This document shows positions 1-10,313 of a stretch of DNA of 64,000 bases, piece by piece. Each line of letters begins with the position of its first letter. Position 1 is the stretch's first letter. The position numbers and the translations under genes were made by a program. Location: assembly GCA_028286685.1 (NCBI GenBank), contig JAQBRA010000004.1, positions 120,300-184,299 of the forward strand, given 5' to 3'. The notes beneath the pieces were generated by a model. It had not been told where the DNA came from. It ran no database searches and was given only the letters and a program-made list of their open reading frames with translations. The stretch is from Candidatus Adlerbacteria bacterium (GTDB taxonomy: Bacteria; Patescibacteriota; Minisyncoccia; Phycocordibacterales; SBAW01).

Positions 1-85
1 GTGCATGGGAATATAGTACCGCCTCGCAGGCATAAAAAGAACCCGCGCAAAAGCGCGGGTTCCTGCATTTTTTAGGCTCCAGCAG

Positions 86-460
86 TTAATTCTTCTGCGG
101 GGGATCGATCCAGGCAGCCCAAACGACTGCAGCATTCCGGCCGCCAATGACGGCAGAGTGCACTTCCCAACCCTTTTTCTGGAAGTGATGGTCTGCGGGA
201 CGATAGCGAGCTTCAGTGACGAGTTCTTCAAACTCAGCCGCCGCACGCTCGGCCGTCATGCGTGACGGGAGCCGTACCGCTTGTCCGTACGGGCCTTGGT
301 GGAGAATGCGACCGGAGCGATCATCGCCATGCACCGGCTCGAAATAAGTAAAGCGGCTCTCCGGGCCGGCGAGAACGGTTTTTAGGTATTCGGCCAGCGT
401 AGCGTAATCGCTGGTTTTCCCAATCACTTGGGTTTCTTTTGTCAGATCTGTGAGCTGCAC
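86..460 (-). CDS. hypothetical protein
   Basis: 124-aa ORF followed by a terminator-like hairpin (about 33-62); no family recognised. Confidence 0.6.
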   Translation of the reverse strand: MQLTDLTKETQVIGKTSDYATLAEYLKTVLAGPESRFTYFEPVHGDDRSGRILHQGPYGQAVRLPSRMTAERAAAEFEELVTEARYRPADHHFQKKGWEVHSAVIGGRNAAVVWAAWIDPPQKN

Positions 461-605
461 GGCTATCTCCTATCTGCATATGGAAGAACGACTTGGCTTA
501 AGCTATATATTGAAATATAGGATACGTCAAGGGCATTGTGCAGCCCGGCTTCCACACACCGGCCAATACAAAAGTCACCCACGCAATTTATTTTCAGAAA
601 CAGAG

Positions 606-676
606 TCGGGATGCCGAGAATCGAACTCGGATTTCGCCCACCCGAAGGGCGTATAATACCATTATAAGACATCCCG
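606..676 (-). tRNA. tRNA-Pro(CGG)
   Basis: Acceptor CGGGATG/CATCCCG, anticodon arm CGCCC-TTCGGGT-GGGCG, T-loop TTCGATT; D-stem pairs weakly; CCA not encoded. Confidence 0.85.
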
Positions 677-783
677 AAAACGCTCTACTACGCTCCAGAA
701 TATAGCAAGAAAAGCTCCCCTTTGCATCTATTCTATAAAAAGAAAGCGCCCCGCCGTAGCGGGACACTGTTGTTAGGGGAACA

Positions 784-1257
784 CTACGCATGCGTCCCGG
801 TTCCATTCTGCTTTAAGTCGGCAAACTTGGGCACTTGGAGCGGCCGCCAATTGGGTGGTATGGCATCCGGCAAGGACGTCGGTATGTTCCGATCCGGAAT
901 CTCGTAAGGGTCCTGGGGACGGAATTTAGACAGCATTGATGCCAGGAATTTCTGGACCTCTTTGTCCTTGTCGCCGCAGGCAAAGCAGCGCACCACGACC
1001 GTGCCGAACTCGGGCCACGTATGCACGTCGGCGCACGAGGCGCCGATGATTTGCACGGCAGTCACCCCTTCTCCGCCATCAGTAAACTTATGATGGGCGC
1101 CGGCAAGCGTAGGAATGCCGGCGTTTTGCAGGTATTCCTTTAATGATCTCGCGATAGCCCTCCCGCTTTTGAGCAACAGCAGGTCTCTGCAGTTGTAAAA
1201 ACCCCAGAGATGATCCCGTTCCGGGCGATCGGCGGTCGAGAACAAAGATGCAGCCAT
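784..1257 (-). CDS. S-adenosylmethionine decarboxylase proenzyme-like protein (SpeD/SpeH family, divergent)
   Basis: Motifs HKF..G.GVT, HTWPE.G and FACG; the canonical ESH site reads ASC. Confidence 0.75.
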   Translation of the reverse strand: MAASLFSTADRPERDHLWGFYNCRDLLLLKSGRAIARSLKEYLQNAGIPTLAGAHHKFTDGGEGVTAVQIIGASCADVHTWPEFGTVVVRCFACGDKDKEVQKFLASMLSKFRPQDPYEIPDRNIPTSLPDAIPPNWRPLQVPKFADLKQNGTGTHA

Positions 1258-1377
1258 TCCGTGATTCCCCTCGCTAAAGCAGAAGAAGATTGAACGAAAG
1301 AAAAGTCTGCGTTGCAGTATAAGACGCTGCGCTCAGATTGCAAGCTGGGGACGGCCAAAATCTGCTACCATAGGGCC

Positions 1378-1941
1378 ATGGATTCGCCTGCGCTCGTACT
1401 GCCCCCCTCGATCACGCTGGTCATCGCCCTCCTGGCAATCTTTCTCTCGTACCTGGTCGTCATCAAGTACACCGTGCGCAACAACTTTGCCCGTACCCGG
1501 CTTGGGATGACCTCGTTCTTTTTCTTTATCGTGGCAACGCTCTCCCTTTCCTTCTGGCAATACACGCTCCATACGCTCCCCTTTGCCGGGCCATTCTTTG
1601 CGCTCGGCGCCCTTATCGGCCACTTTGTCGGCGTGCGCGGCGCCGAGGAGCGCTTGAAGTCGGAAGGTCTCGCCCACTACCATGAGCACTTCGCCCACGT
1701 GCATGTGGGAGCGCTCAAGAACATGACTTGGTGGAGCGTCGTTAACTTCTACTCGGTCGCAGGAGCGCTCATGCTTATCAACTTGGTCGGCTTTAGTACC
1801 GTCATTGCCCGCAGCGAAGGGTTCGCTATTGCCACCAGCGCCGTGGGCGCATTCCTCCTGGGCACCATCGCACCCTACCTCGTTCACCTCTGGACTATCA
1901 GGGCGCAGCACCATCCCAACAGCACCACGAGCGACAGGTAA
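1378..1941 (+). CDS. multi-pass membrane protein
   Basis: About five hydrophobic segments; ATG at 1378. Confidence 0.7.
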   Translation: MDSPALVLPPSITLVIALLAIFLSYLVVIKYTVRNNFARTRLGMTSFFFFIVATLSLSFWQYTLHTLPFAGPFFALGALIGHFVGVRGAEERLKSEGLAHYHEHFAHVHVGALKNMTWWSVVNFYSVAGALMLINLVGFSTVIARSEGFAIATSAVGAFLLGTIAPYLVHLWTIRAQHHPNSTTSDR

Positions 1942-2588
1942 AACACCCAGCGCGCATATTTTTTCTGCTGTGCGCTGTAGCTGCCTTTCATAAACATCGG
2001 GATCTTTGCCGCGGCGTATTCTTCTCCCCTATATACGGCAATGGCTAGAAAGTGCGGGAGCTGCCAGAGGAATAAGAAAGCGAACATAAGCCATGCGGTG
2101 TAATCAATCACGCCCGCTGCGGCCGCATAGCCCACCAGGGGCGGCGTAGCGCCCGCTACAGCCCCTACAAAGAGGGCATAGGCGCTATGGTGCTTAAGAG
2201 GCGTATAGGCAAAGACGTACACTACAAAGCCAACCAGGGCCGCCAAGAGCACTGCGCCGTTAGTCGCATTCAGCAAAACCACGCCCAGCACAAGCAAGAC
2301 CGCGCTAAATATAAGCGCAGCCCGGGCAGAAATTCTCCCGCTCGGAAACGCGCGCTGCTTCGTGCGCTCCATGCGCGCGTCTATGTCGCGGTCGTAATAA
2401 TTATTAACAACGCACGCCGAGGCGATGACCAGCGCCAGGCCGCCAATCGCAGCGCCAAAGAGCATCCAGTTGATGCCGCTATGGCTGGCATAAATAAAAG
2501 CCGCCGCTGCCACCAGTATGTTGCCGTACACGATGCCGGGCTTGGTAAGCCGGTAGTACGTTTTAAGGGGGCCCTGGGTATCAGTCAT
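1884..2588 (-). CDS. cyoE: protoheme IX farnesyltransferase (heme o synthase)
   Basis: LTKPGI, NNYYDRDIDARMERT..R, YT.LK and WQLPHF motifs; last gene of the cyo operon. Confidence 0.92.
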   Translation of the reverse strand: MTDTQGPLKTYYRLTKPGIVYGNILVAAAAFIYASHSGINWMLFGAAIGGLALVIASACVVNNYYDRDIDARMERTKQRAFPSGRISARAALIFSAVLLVLGVVLLNATNGAVLLAALVGFVVYVFAYTPLKHHSAYALFVGAVAGATPPLVGYAAAAGVIDYTAWLMFAFLFLWQLPHFLAIAVYRGEEYAAAKIPMFMKGSYSAQQKKYARWVFYLSLVVLLGWCCALIVQR

Positions 2589-2940
2589 TTGATGCTTCCG
2601 CACTGATAGTATTTTCAATAAACGGCAGCTGTGCTTGCTGCTCATGCCCCAGGTTCTGCATAATCCACAGCGTTCCTCCCACCAGTACCGCCGCAATAAA
2701 TACCGCAAAGCACAGCGCCATAACATTCCACCGCGGCTTTTCCTCATCGCCCACATGCAAAAAGAAATACAGCTGCACCAAAAGCTGGGTAAGCGCAAAG
2801 ATAACCAGTACCCAGGGCAGCTGGACATGCATTGAAGGACTGTGCTCTCCGGTTGTATGCAGCCACACGAACGCCGCAGGCACCAAAGTTAAGACCAGTG
2901 AGAGTGCAAATCCTATTATGTAGTGGGTTAGGGCGCGCAT
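2581..2940 (-). CDS. cyoD: cytochrome bo3 ubiquinol oxidase subunit IV
   Basis: YIIGFALSLVLT, QLLVQLYFFLH and GTLWIM motifs. Confidence 0.92.
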   Translation of the reverse strand: MRALTHYIIGFALSLVLTLVPAAFVWLHTTGEHSPSMHVQLPWVLVIFALTQLLVQLYFFLHVGDEEKPRWNVMALCFAVFIAAVLVGGTLWIMQNLGHEQQAQLPFIENTISAEASND

Positions 2941-3509
2941 TAGAGTGCTCCGAGCATATACACGATAGTAAAGATGAATATCCAGATGACGTCGAGGAAG
3001 TGCCAGAACAGCGCCAGGCAGGTCAGTTTGCGCAGCACGCCCTCAGTGAGGCCCTTAAAGGCGATGTGCGCCATAAGCACTACCATCCACAAGGACCCCA
3101 AGGCCACATGGAGCCCGTGCGTGCCCAACAGCGTAAAGAATGCGGAAAGGAACGCGCTCTTGTCGGGCCCTTGGCCCTCGCCAATGAGCGCAGCAAACTC
3201 ATGGACCTCCATCCCCAAGAAGCCAAGGCCCAAAGCCAGAGTTATAAGGAGCGCAGAAAGCGCCAGAGCGCGCTTGCCATGGCGCGCCGCCAAAAGCGCC
3301 AGGCCGATAGTAAAACTCGAGGCAAGCAGCAGCACCGACTCTACTGCTACAAACGGAATATCGACAATGTCTCCTATCCCGTAACCGCCAAATACCTGGC
3401 CCTGCAGCACTGCGTAGGTGGCAAAGAGCCCGGCAAACAGCACCGCATCGCTCATGAGATAGGCCCAGAAGCCGAAGGATACTTTGTCTGTAGTGTTGTG
3501 GTTGCTCAT
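2940..3509 (-). CDS. cyoC: cytochrome bo3 ubiquinol oxidase subunit III
   Basis: [22 protein letters not shown] and FWHFLDVIW motifs. Confidence 0.95.
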   Translation of the reverse strand: MSNHNTTDKVSFGFWAYLMSDAVLFAGLFATYAVLQGQVFGGYGIGDIVDIPFVAVESVLLLASSFTIGLALLAARHGKRALALSALLITLALGLGFLGMEVHEFAALIGEGQGPDKSAFLSAFFTLLGTHGLHVALGSLWMVVLMAHIAFKGLTEGVLRKLTCLALFWHFLDVIWIFIFTIVYMLGAL

Positions 3510-5419
3510 ACGGTTATTTTTTCCTCGATGTTCGTCTCAAACGACCGGGCAATAAGGCACGCGACGATCGCCGCTAGAGCAAGCGCCGCGAGCCACCAGA
3601 TGTGCCACACGGCCGCAAAGCCGAGCGCCAGGGCACATAGCGAAATAAGTACCCCCACAATAGTCTGCGTCGGCATTTCTATCTCGCCATGCGCCGGGCC
3701 TACCTCCATGCCGCCACCGTCCTCTTTATAGTTCCAGAACGCGTCGCGGCTATATATGTGCGGAATTGCGGCAAAGTTGTGCGCCGGAGGCGGCGAGGAC
3801 ACCGACCACTCCAGCGTGCGGCCGCCCCACGGGTCGTTGCCCGCCGGATTCTGCTTGCGGTCGCGGATGCTTACAAACAGCTGCAGGGCCTGCAGGAATA
3901 TTCCTGCGGCAATAATGCACAGCCCCACGGCCGCCACGATAAACAGCGGCTGCCACGAGGGATCGACCACATTAAGCCGGCGCGTGGCGCCCATGAGCCC
4001 CAGAGCATACAGCGGTACGAATGCGGTTAGGAATCCTATCAGCCAGCACCAGAACGCGTACTTGCCCAGGCGCTCGTTGAGCCTGAAGCCGAAGAGCTTG
4101 GGGAACCAGTAGGCAAAACCCGCAAAGAATCCGAACAGCACGCCGCCAATGATCATGTTGTGGAAGTGCGCCACCAAAAACAGCGAGTTGTGCACTTGAA
4201 AGTCGATGCCCGGAATAGACATCAAGACCCCGCTCATTCCACCGAGAATAAAGGTCGAGAGAAAGCCCATAAACCACAGCATCGGGGTCTCGAAGGTGAT
4301 GCGGCCGCGGAACATCGTAAAGAGCCAGTTGAACACCTTAACACCCGTCGGGATAGCAATGACCATGGTCATAATGCCGAAGAACGCGTTGACGTTGGCT
4401 GATGCGCCCATGGTAAAGAAGTGGTGCACCCATACCAAGAACGACAAGACCGCGATGCACATGGTCGCCACCACCATCGAGGTATAGCCAAAGAGCCTTT
4501 TGCGCGAGAATACCGGGACAATTTCGGAAAAGATGCCGAACGCCGGAAGTATCAGTATGTAGACCTCCGGGTGGCCCCACGCCCATATCAGGTTGACGTA
4601 CATCATGGCATTGCCGCCCAGCTCGGTCGTAAAGAAGTGCATGCCCAAGGTGCGATCTAGGCCCAAGAGCGCCAGAGTAACGGTGAGTATAGGGAAAGCA
4701 AAGACCACGAGGATCATCGAGGCCAGCGTGGTCCAGGCAAATATCGGCATGCGCATCATGGTCATGCCCGGCGCGCGCATTTTTATGATGGTCGCTATAA
4801 AGTTGATGCCGGCCAAAAGGGTGCCCACGCCCGCAATTTGCAGCGCCCATATGTAGTAGTCGACCCCCACCCCGGGGCTGTAGGCCAATTCCGAGAGCGG
4901 AGGGTATGCCAGCCAGCCGGTCGCGGCAAACTCCCCCACTACCAAAGAGAGGTTAATAAGCACCGCGCCCGCGACCGTAAGCCAGAACGAGAGCGAGTTA
5001 AGAAAGGGGTATGCCACGTCGCGCGCACCAATAAGTAGAGGGGTCGCCAGGTTTATAAGCGCAAACATAAACGGCATCGCCACAAAAAAGATCATGATGA
5101 CCCCGTGCGCGGTAAATATCTGGGCGTAATGGTCGGGGCTTAGGTAGCCCTCCGAGCCGGGCACCGCTATGGCCTGCTGCACGCGCATCATGGCAGCATC
5201 AACCGCTCCACGCAAAAGCATTACGCCCGCCAAAATAAAGTACATGACCGCGATCTTCTTGTGGTCTACGGTGGTCAGCCACTCGCGGTAAAACCACCCC
5301 CACAAACGGAAGTAGGTTAAAAGTGCCAGGGCACCCAATGCGCCGCCCACAATCATGAGCTGCGGGACCGTCTCAATGGGCCCGTGGAGGAATGCGCTTA
5401 AGGTAAGTTTTCCAAACAT
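3506..5419 (-). CDS. cyoB: cytochrome bo3 ubiquinol oxidase subunit I
   Basis: WGHPEVY, WVHHFF and AHFH heme/CuB ligand motifs; quinol-site residues in LRGAVD and HYAQ. Confidence 0.97.
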   Translation of the reverse strand: MFGKLTLSAFLHGPIETVPQLMIVGGALGALALLTYFRLWGWFYREWLTTVDHKKIAVMYFILAGVMLLRGAVDAAMMRVQQAIAVPGSEGYLSPDHYAQIFTAHGVIMIFFVAMPFMFALINLATPLLIGARDVAYPFLNSLSFWLTVAGAVLINLSLVVGEFAATGWLAYPPLSELAYSPGVGVDYYIWALQIAGVGTLLAGINFIATIIKMRAPGMTMMRMPIFAWTTLASMILVVFAFPILTVTLALLGLDRTLGMHFFTTELGGNAMMYVNLIWAWGHPEVYILILPAFGIFSEIVPVFSRKRLFGYTSMVVATMCIAVLSFLVWVHHFFTMGASANVNAFFGIMTMVIAIPTGVKVFNWLFTMFRGRITFETPMLWFMGFLSTFILGGMSGVLMSIPGIDFQVHNSLFLVAHFHNMIIGGVLFGFFAGFAYWFPKLFGFRLNERLGKYAFWCWLIGFLTAFVPLYALGLMGATRRLNVVDPSWQPLFIVAAVGLCIIAAGIFLQALQLFVSIRDRKQNPAGNDPWGGRTLEWSVSSPPPAHNFAAIPHIYSRDAFWNYKEDGGGMEVGPAHGEIEMPTQTIVGVLISLCALALGFAAVWHIWWLAALALAAIVACLIARSFETNIEEKITV

Positions 5420-5421
5420 AG

Positions 5422-6225
5422 TTAGTGGGAGTGCCCCGTCGGATTGTGCGCGTCCATAAACTGCATAAGGACCGAATCAAACAAGCCGGGCGCTATGGCC
5501 GCATAAAACGTCTGTGGGACGCTAGAGCTCGGTTCTACCAATTCCTTATACTTCTCCCACGAGAGTGTCTCCGGAGAGGCCTTGATGCGGCCCACCCAGG
5601 CGTCAAACTCTTCGGGCGTTACGGCCCAAGCGGTAAACTTCATTGTAGCAAAGCCCTCGCCGCTGTAGTTGGCCGAGGCGCCCGCGTACGCGCCCGGCTC
5701 GGTGGCCATCAGATTAAGCGCGGTTACCATGCCAGTCATGGCGTATATCTGCCCGCCCAGCTGCGGTATCCAAAACGAGTTCATTGGCGCATCGGACGTA
5801 ATTCTAAACTCCACCGGCCTGTTTACCGGCATGTGCAGGTAGTTAACGGTCGCTATCCCCTGCTCTGGGTATATAAAGAGCCACTTCCAGTCCAGGGCCA
5901 CTACCTGGATTATCAGCGGGTCGCCGCCGGCCAGGGGTTTGGGCGGATGCAGCTCGTGCGTGCTGCCCCACGTAAGCGCGCCCAAGACCAGCACCACTTC
6001 TAAAGGGATAACCCACCACACCAGCTCCTCCATGCGGCCATGCTCCCAGTTGGGGCTGTATTTGGCTTTTTTGTTTGAGGCGCGGTACTTGTAGGCAAAG
6101 AAAAACAGCAGGAAGTAGACCGGGATGGCGACAATGAGCATGAAGCCCAGCGCCTGGAACATGAGGCCGCGCTCGGCGAGCGCTATGACGCCCTTGGGGT
6201 CTAGGACGGGGAACAACTCAAGCAT
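5422..6225 (-). CDS. cyoA: cytochrome bo3 ubiquinol oxidase subunit II
   Basis: [17 protein letters not shown] and [16 protein letters not shown] motifs; no CuA cysteines, consistent with a quinol oxidase. Confidence 0.95.
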   Translation of the reverse strand: MLELFPVLDPKGVIALAERGLMFQALGFMLIVAIPVYFLLFFFAYKYRASNKKAKYSPNWEHGRMEELVWWVIPLEVVLVLGALTWGSTHELHPPKPLAGGDPLIIQVVALDWKWLFIYPEQGIATVNYLHMPVNRPVEFRITSDAPMNSFWIPQLGGQIYAMTGMVTALNLMATEPGAYAGASANYSGEGFATMKFTAWAVTPEEFDAWVGRIKASPETLSWEKYKELVEPSSSVPQTFYAAIAPGLFDSVLMQFMDAHNPTGHSH

Positions 6226-6312
6226 TCAGATATTGTAGCGCGGAAAGAGAAAAGGCCCCGCCACACTGAAGTGGCTAAGGGACCTTTGTTTACGCTACAG
6301 ATTACAGTTGAA

Positions 6313-6672
6313 TTAGCCCTTCCCCAACAACCATGCTTCCAGTTGCTGAGAAGTGTAACCATCCACGAAAGTGGTCACATGCCCATAGAAGCGGATTTCC
6401 TCTACGAGCTGCTCCTCGAATGTCGCCTTGCCTTTGACATCGAAGCGCGTAAGGGATTCCTCCCTTTCGCACTTCGGGCATTTCACCGAAAGCCACTGTC
6501 GGTATTTGAAGCCGCCGACCCACCAACCGCCCACATGGTCACGATGTATGAGGGGCTGATCAGTCAGCGTTCCCCCGCAGCCACACTTCTTGAGGGAGTT
6601 CGAATACCATTCAAGGGTTGGTTTCCAAAAAGGGTGCCGTTCCTTCTTCGCCTCTACCATTGTCATCTCCAA
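6313..6672 (-). CDS. hypothetical protein with possible Zn-binding Cys motifs
   Basis: CGCGG and CPKC motifs; upstream sigma70-like TTGACA...TATACT. Confidence 0.55.
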   Translation of the reverse strand: MEMTMVEAKKERHPFWKPTLEWYSNSLKKCGCGGTLTDQPLIHRDHVGGWWVGGFKYRQWLSVKCPKCEREESLTRFDVKGKATFEEQLVEEIRFYGHVTTFVDGYTSQQLEAWLLGKG

Positions 6673-6727
6673 TGCAAATTAACTACTGAAATTAGTATAT
6701 AATACTATATATTATATGTCAAGTATA

Positions 6728-6745
6728 GCTGGGTGTACGGAACAA
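6728..6745. repeat. partial copy of the 28-bp cassette-array repeat
   Basis: gctgggtgtacggaacaa matches the left part of the consensus gctgggtgtatgggacga. Confidence 0.55.
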
Positions 6746-6834
6746 ACTAGCACGGCTAATAAACCACTCGCACGGAGACTAGAACAAAGTCTCTCGCAAG
6801 AGCAGCTGAAATGCGCCTAAAAATCTATGGAAAG

Positions 6835-7200
6835 CTAAAGGCCCAAAGAGACCGCGACGATAAAGCACAGAGATGCGAGTACGGGAGAGGCGGCGACCTC
6901 TACGGGCAGCAGGCGCGAGACTTGCTTCATCCGGGCAAACACAAGAGCCTCCACGCCCACGCACACGCCCAAATAGAGCGCGATATGCATTACTAAAGAG
7001 CTTGCGAGCAGCGTTGGGGAAAGTACGGCCAAAGCCGTGCCGGTCAGGACCTCGAAGGCGGCAATGCCGCCGAGCCACAGCGCCGCGCGGGCGTAAGAAT
7101 CCTCGCGCTTACGGACGACCGAGTAAAGGGCGTAGCCGATAGCCACTAGCGTGGCTATCGTTGCAAGCAAATGGAGCGCCAATATGGCTTGGTACAACAT
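6835..7200 (-). CDS. membrane protein
   Basis: Four hydrophobic helices. Confidence 0.65.
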   Translation of the reverse strand: MLYQAILALHLLATIATLVAIGYALYSVVRKREDSYARAALWLGGIAAFEVLTGTALAVLSPTLLASSLVMHIALYLGVCVGVEALVFARMKQVSRLLPVEVAASPVLASLCFIVAVSLGL

Positions 7201-7299
7201 TGGGTAATTGTAGCATTAGATGATATACAAACCCTTCTGTTCAGATTGTTGAAAGTCGCCTTAGCTTGGGAACTCTGCACCTAACTACCGTAGCCTTTA

Positions 7300-7524
7300 T
7301 TATCGGCTATCTAAAATTTGCCAGGTATTTTGAGTGTTGTTTTGAATTTCATTCAGGTAATCCTCAAAACTATTTATGATTCTAGTCGTACTACTATCAA
7401 CCATATCGGCAGTATAAAAAGTGTTGTCTTTTATTTCCCCGAGCCTGACGTAGCACATAATCAGCAGTATCAGGACGGCTATTTGGAACCAGAACTCCTT
7501 AAAAAAGGCCAGGGCTTTGCTCAT
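7300..7524 (-). CDS. small protein with N-terminal TM helix
   Basis: 74-aa ORF, AT-rich. Confidence 0.55.
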   Translation of the reverse strand: MSKALAFFKEFWFQIAVLILLIMCYVRLGEIKDNTFYTADMVDSSTTRIINSFEDYLNEIQNNTQNTWQILDSR

Positions 7525-7572
7525 GGGCCGATTATACCCCAGAAATATAAACTGCTAAGAACACGAATAATC

Positions 7573-8175
7573 TCAAAGATTGCCGCAATGGTTCCTTAAT
7601 TCTTGTTGAAATTTATTATAGTCTTCAGATCTTCCCTTTAAAGAGCCAATATTGAACCCTTCGACTAACGAAGAATATATTTCCTCGTCCAAGACAGTGA
7701 AATCTATTTCTCCTAAATCTCTCTTTCCTGCAATTATCTTAAGTATCCTATCTTTTGGCTGCAAATTAGAATGAGGAAGTTCTTCATGCCCTGCCAGATT
7801 AAAATAATTAACAACGGAATCTTTTTCCTTTATAAAAAGGTCCTCAAAATGAGGCTCGACTACAAGTGTGGCCACAGGAATTCCTGGTATCAAACTTTCA
7901 TTAGAGCGAATCCAGGAACTTATCTCAGTTTTTCTTTCAGGATATGTATCGACATCAGAATGTACGATCAAAATATCTGGACGATCTCCTTGCATAAGGG
8001 TACTAACAGCAGCTGCAAGTTTTGGATATACAGACCCTTTCGTTTCATAAGGTTTCTTAAAATCAACACTAAAACTCAGAGGAAACTGAATCTCGAAGGA
8101 GGAAATCGTGCGTTCAACGAGTATCTCGAGAGGCCTCGAGTCCAACCTGCCTTCGCAAATAATGCCGATCAGCAT
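7573..8175 (-). CDS. DUF4276/TOPRIM-like partner of AAA ATPase
   Basis: N-terminal IICEG..D, HSDVD and acidic E..FE motifs; 3 bp downstream of the ATPase; AT-rich. Confidence 0.6.
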   Translation of the reverse strand: MLIGIICEGRLDSRPLEILVERTISSFEIQFPLSFSVDFKKPYETKGSVYPKLAAAVSTLMQGDRPDILIVHSDVDTYPERKTEISSWIRSNESLIPGIPVATLVVEPHFEDLFIKEKDSVVNYFNLAGHEELPHSNLQPKDRILKIIAGKRDLGEIDFTVLDEEIYSSLVEGFNIGSLKGRSEDYNKFQQELRNHCGNL

Positions 8176-8178
8176 AAA

Positions 8179-9297
8179 CTATTTTGAATACCGAGCTTGT
8201 AAGTACTCACTTAAGTCTCCGCCTTCTGCAAGTACTTTCGTGACTTGTGATATTTGCTCGGAATCTTTTAGACCAGTGAATCGACTACCTTTTATTGGAT
8301 CTTTTCCCACATAAATAACATCCTGCGGCCTAACTTTATTAATTATGGCGGTACTGTGAGTCGAGAAAACAAATTGTTTATTTGTTGTTCGAGAAATATT
8401 ATCAACAAAATTAATAATTTTTAGAATTCGTTCAGGATGTATGCCATTTTCTATTTCATCAAAGACAAAAGTGGAATAGTCATCACTAATAACCCCGGCG
8501 GCTAAATAGTAGAGTGTTCTTAAGTCTCCATGAGAAATAGCCTTAAACGACAATCTCCCTCGCATATTTTTTTCCGTAAATAATACAACATACTCATCAA
8601 TGCCTGCTAACTGAGTCGTGTTTGCGGGTGCAACAATATGCTCGAAAGAGTTCAAAGAAGGCAAGAGTTTTTTGGTCATTACCATAAACTTCTCATATTT
8701 CTCAGGAACCTTTGTTATCCTGTAAATTAAATCTTCAACCTTTTCAACCAGTACAGAAAGATCAATTACTGGTACATAAGTCTTACCTAATATCGATCGA
8801 ACTTTTTGAGCATCAGGATTTTTATACTGAGAAATTGCCGTTTGGTAATCACTAATAAGGAGAGGGATTGCTTTACTTTCAGAATTTAATAATTCACTAT
8901 TATTCCTAATAAAAACCTCCCGTGATTCTCCCGTAGGATCACTTGCAGTTAATTTCTCGTAAACAACTACCAGCTCTAGATTGTTGTCAGCTTTTTTTTG
9001 TGCAGAAACTCGAAACTCGTACACATATTCATTTTCATCACCATTAACAAGAGTGATTTTTATATCAAAAGTATCAGAGCTTGAGTTTCTGTAAAAAGCT
9101 TCTCCAGGTGTTTTAGTAAATTTTTTTACAGCATCATTAACATTGAGACTTGCAACTAGATCCTTTGTAAGCGAAATGGCCGTTATAAGATTGCTTTTCC
9201 CAACGCCATTATTGCCTACAATTATGGAAAATCGGTCAAGGTCAACTGACTCGTTTTCTATACTTTTGAAGTTCTTAATGTGGATGTTTTTTATCAT
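8179..9297 (-). CDS. ABC-type AAA ATPase (AAA_15/AAA_21-like)
   Basis: I.NFKSI, Walker A GNNGVGKSN, signature ISHG, Walker B FDEIENGIHP, STHS. Confidence 0.88.
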   Translation of the reverse strand: MIKNIHIKNFKSIENESVDLDRFSIIVGNNGVGKSNLITAISLTKDLVASLNVNDAVKKFTKTPGEAFYRNSSSDTFDIKITLVNGDENEYVYEFRVSAQKKADNNLELVVVYEKLTASDPTGESREVFIRNNSELLNSESKAIPLLISDYQTAISQYKNPDAQKVRSILGKTYVPVIDLSVLVEKVEDLIYRITKVPEKYEKFMVMTKKLLPSLNSFEHIVAPANTTQLAGIDEYVVLFTEKNMRGRLSFKAISHGDLRTLYYLAAGVISDDYSTFVFDEIENGIHPERILKIINFVDNISRTTNKQFVFSTHSTAIINKVRPQDVIYVGKDPIKGSRFTGLKDSEQISQVTKVLAEGGDLSEYLQARYSK

Positions 9298-9516
9298 TGA
9301 TGCCTGAAGTATACCTCAAAAGAGTATAAAGTCTTTATGAATAAACTTGTCTATACGCCTCGCGCTTTCCGGCCTCCACCATGTGGGTCACGGATAACTT
9401 TTCGCCGTCGCTACAAAGTTTCCGCTACCCCACCTCACGACCTCGCCTGCTGGCTCGGTAACGTTCCGGTTGTCCACCATACTGAAAAATCCGCCTCAAG
9501 GCGGATGTTTTCATGT

Positions 9517-9592
9517 TGGTGGACCCTACCGGGATCGAACCGGTCACCTCCTCATTGCAAATGAGGCGCTCTACCAGATGAGCTAAGGGCCC
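9517..9592 (-). tRNA. tRNA-Ala(TGC)
   Basis: Canonical cloverleaf GGGCCCT...GGTCCACCA, anticodon TGC, CCA encoded. Confidence 0.97.
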
Positions 9593-9740
9593 AAGCGAGG
9601 TCCCCAAAAACAAGCTCGCTTGTATTTGGGCCGAGCGCCGGGCCAGTAAGCTTTCGCTCAAGGACCCAAACGCTACCTATATAGATATAGCATAAAACCT
9701 TTCCGGCGTCTCTAGGGGCCATTTTGCTATACTGGGGCTC

Positions 9741-10202
9741 ATGCTTCAACTTATGCGCTCGGTGCGGGAGCTGCGCCAGTCTGGCCAGCTCCATAGGGCC
9801 CTTATTACCCGCCTGGTCATGTTCGCCGTTATCTCCCTTATTCTCCTGGGCTTTGTAGGCTTCCAGATAGCCCAAGGCACCGCCGACTGGCGCCTAGTTT
9901 TGCCGCTTGCCCTGGTCGGATTCGGCCTCGGGGTTACCGTATTTGCCCGCATGGGCAAGGCTGTATGGGACGAAGAAACCGAAATGGTTATCGCCACCAA
10001 AATGGATCGCTGGGGCTTCCTGGTTTTGGCGCTCTATATCGCCTTTGAAGTCGGCCTGCGCACCGAACTGCCCCGCCTTTTCCCTGCGGTTGCCAGCACG
10101 CTCCCGCTCCTTTTGGCGGCAATCTTTGGCACAATATTCGGCCGTTTTGTCGGCATGCTCCGGGAAATATTACGGGCGCACAAAGGACGAGAAAATTACT
10201 GA
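9741..10202 (+). CDS. membrane protein
   Basis: Four TM helices. Confidence 0.7.
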   Translation: MLQLMRSVRELRQSGQLHRALITRLVMFAVISLILLGFVGFQIAQGTADWRLVLPLALVGFGLGVTVFARMGKAVWDEETEMVIATKMDRWGFLVLALYIAFEVGLRTELPRLFPAVASTLPLLLAAIFGTIFGRFVGMLREILRAHKGRENY

Positions 10203-10210
10203 TTTTATCG

Positions 10211-10308
10211 CCTTGTGCGAGCCGGAGCGATGTTTTGCACTGGCAAAACCGCGAGGCGGGGTCGAGCGCAGATTTGCTGACGAGCAAATCTGACGGGTGA
10301 CCACAAAG
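10211..10308. repeat. REP/MITE-like multi-hairpin element
   Basis: Ends cttgtg...cacaaag; internal hairpins ttttgc-actg-gcaaaa and agatttgct-gacg-agcaaatct; between convergent genes. Confidence 0.5.
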
Positions 10309-10313
10309 AACAA

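Noticed and set aside
7212-7270. Possible further repeat remnants (gatgatatacaaacc; tagcttggg)
   Set aside because: Too few matches to distinguish from chance
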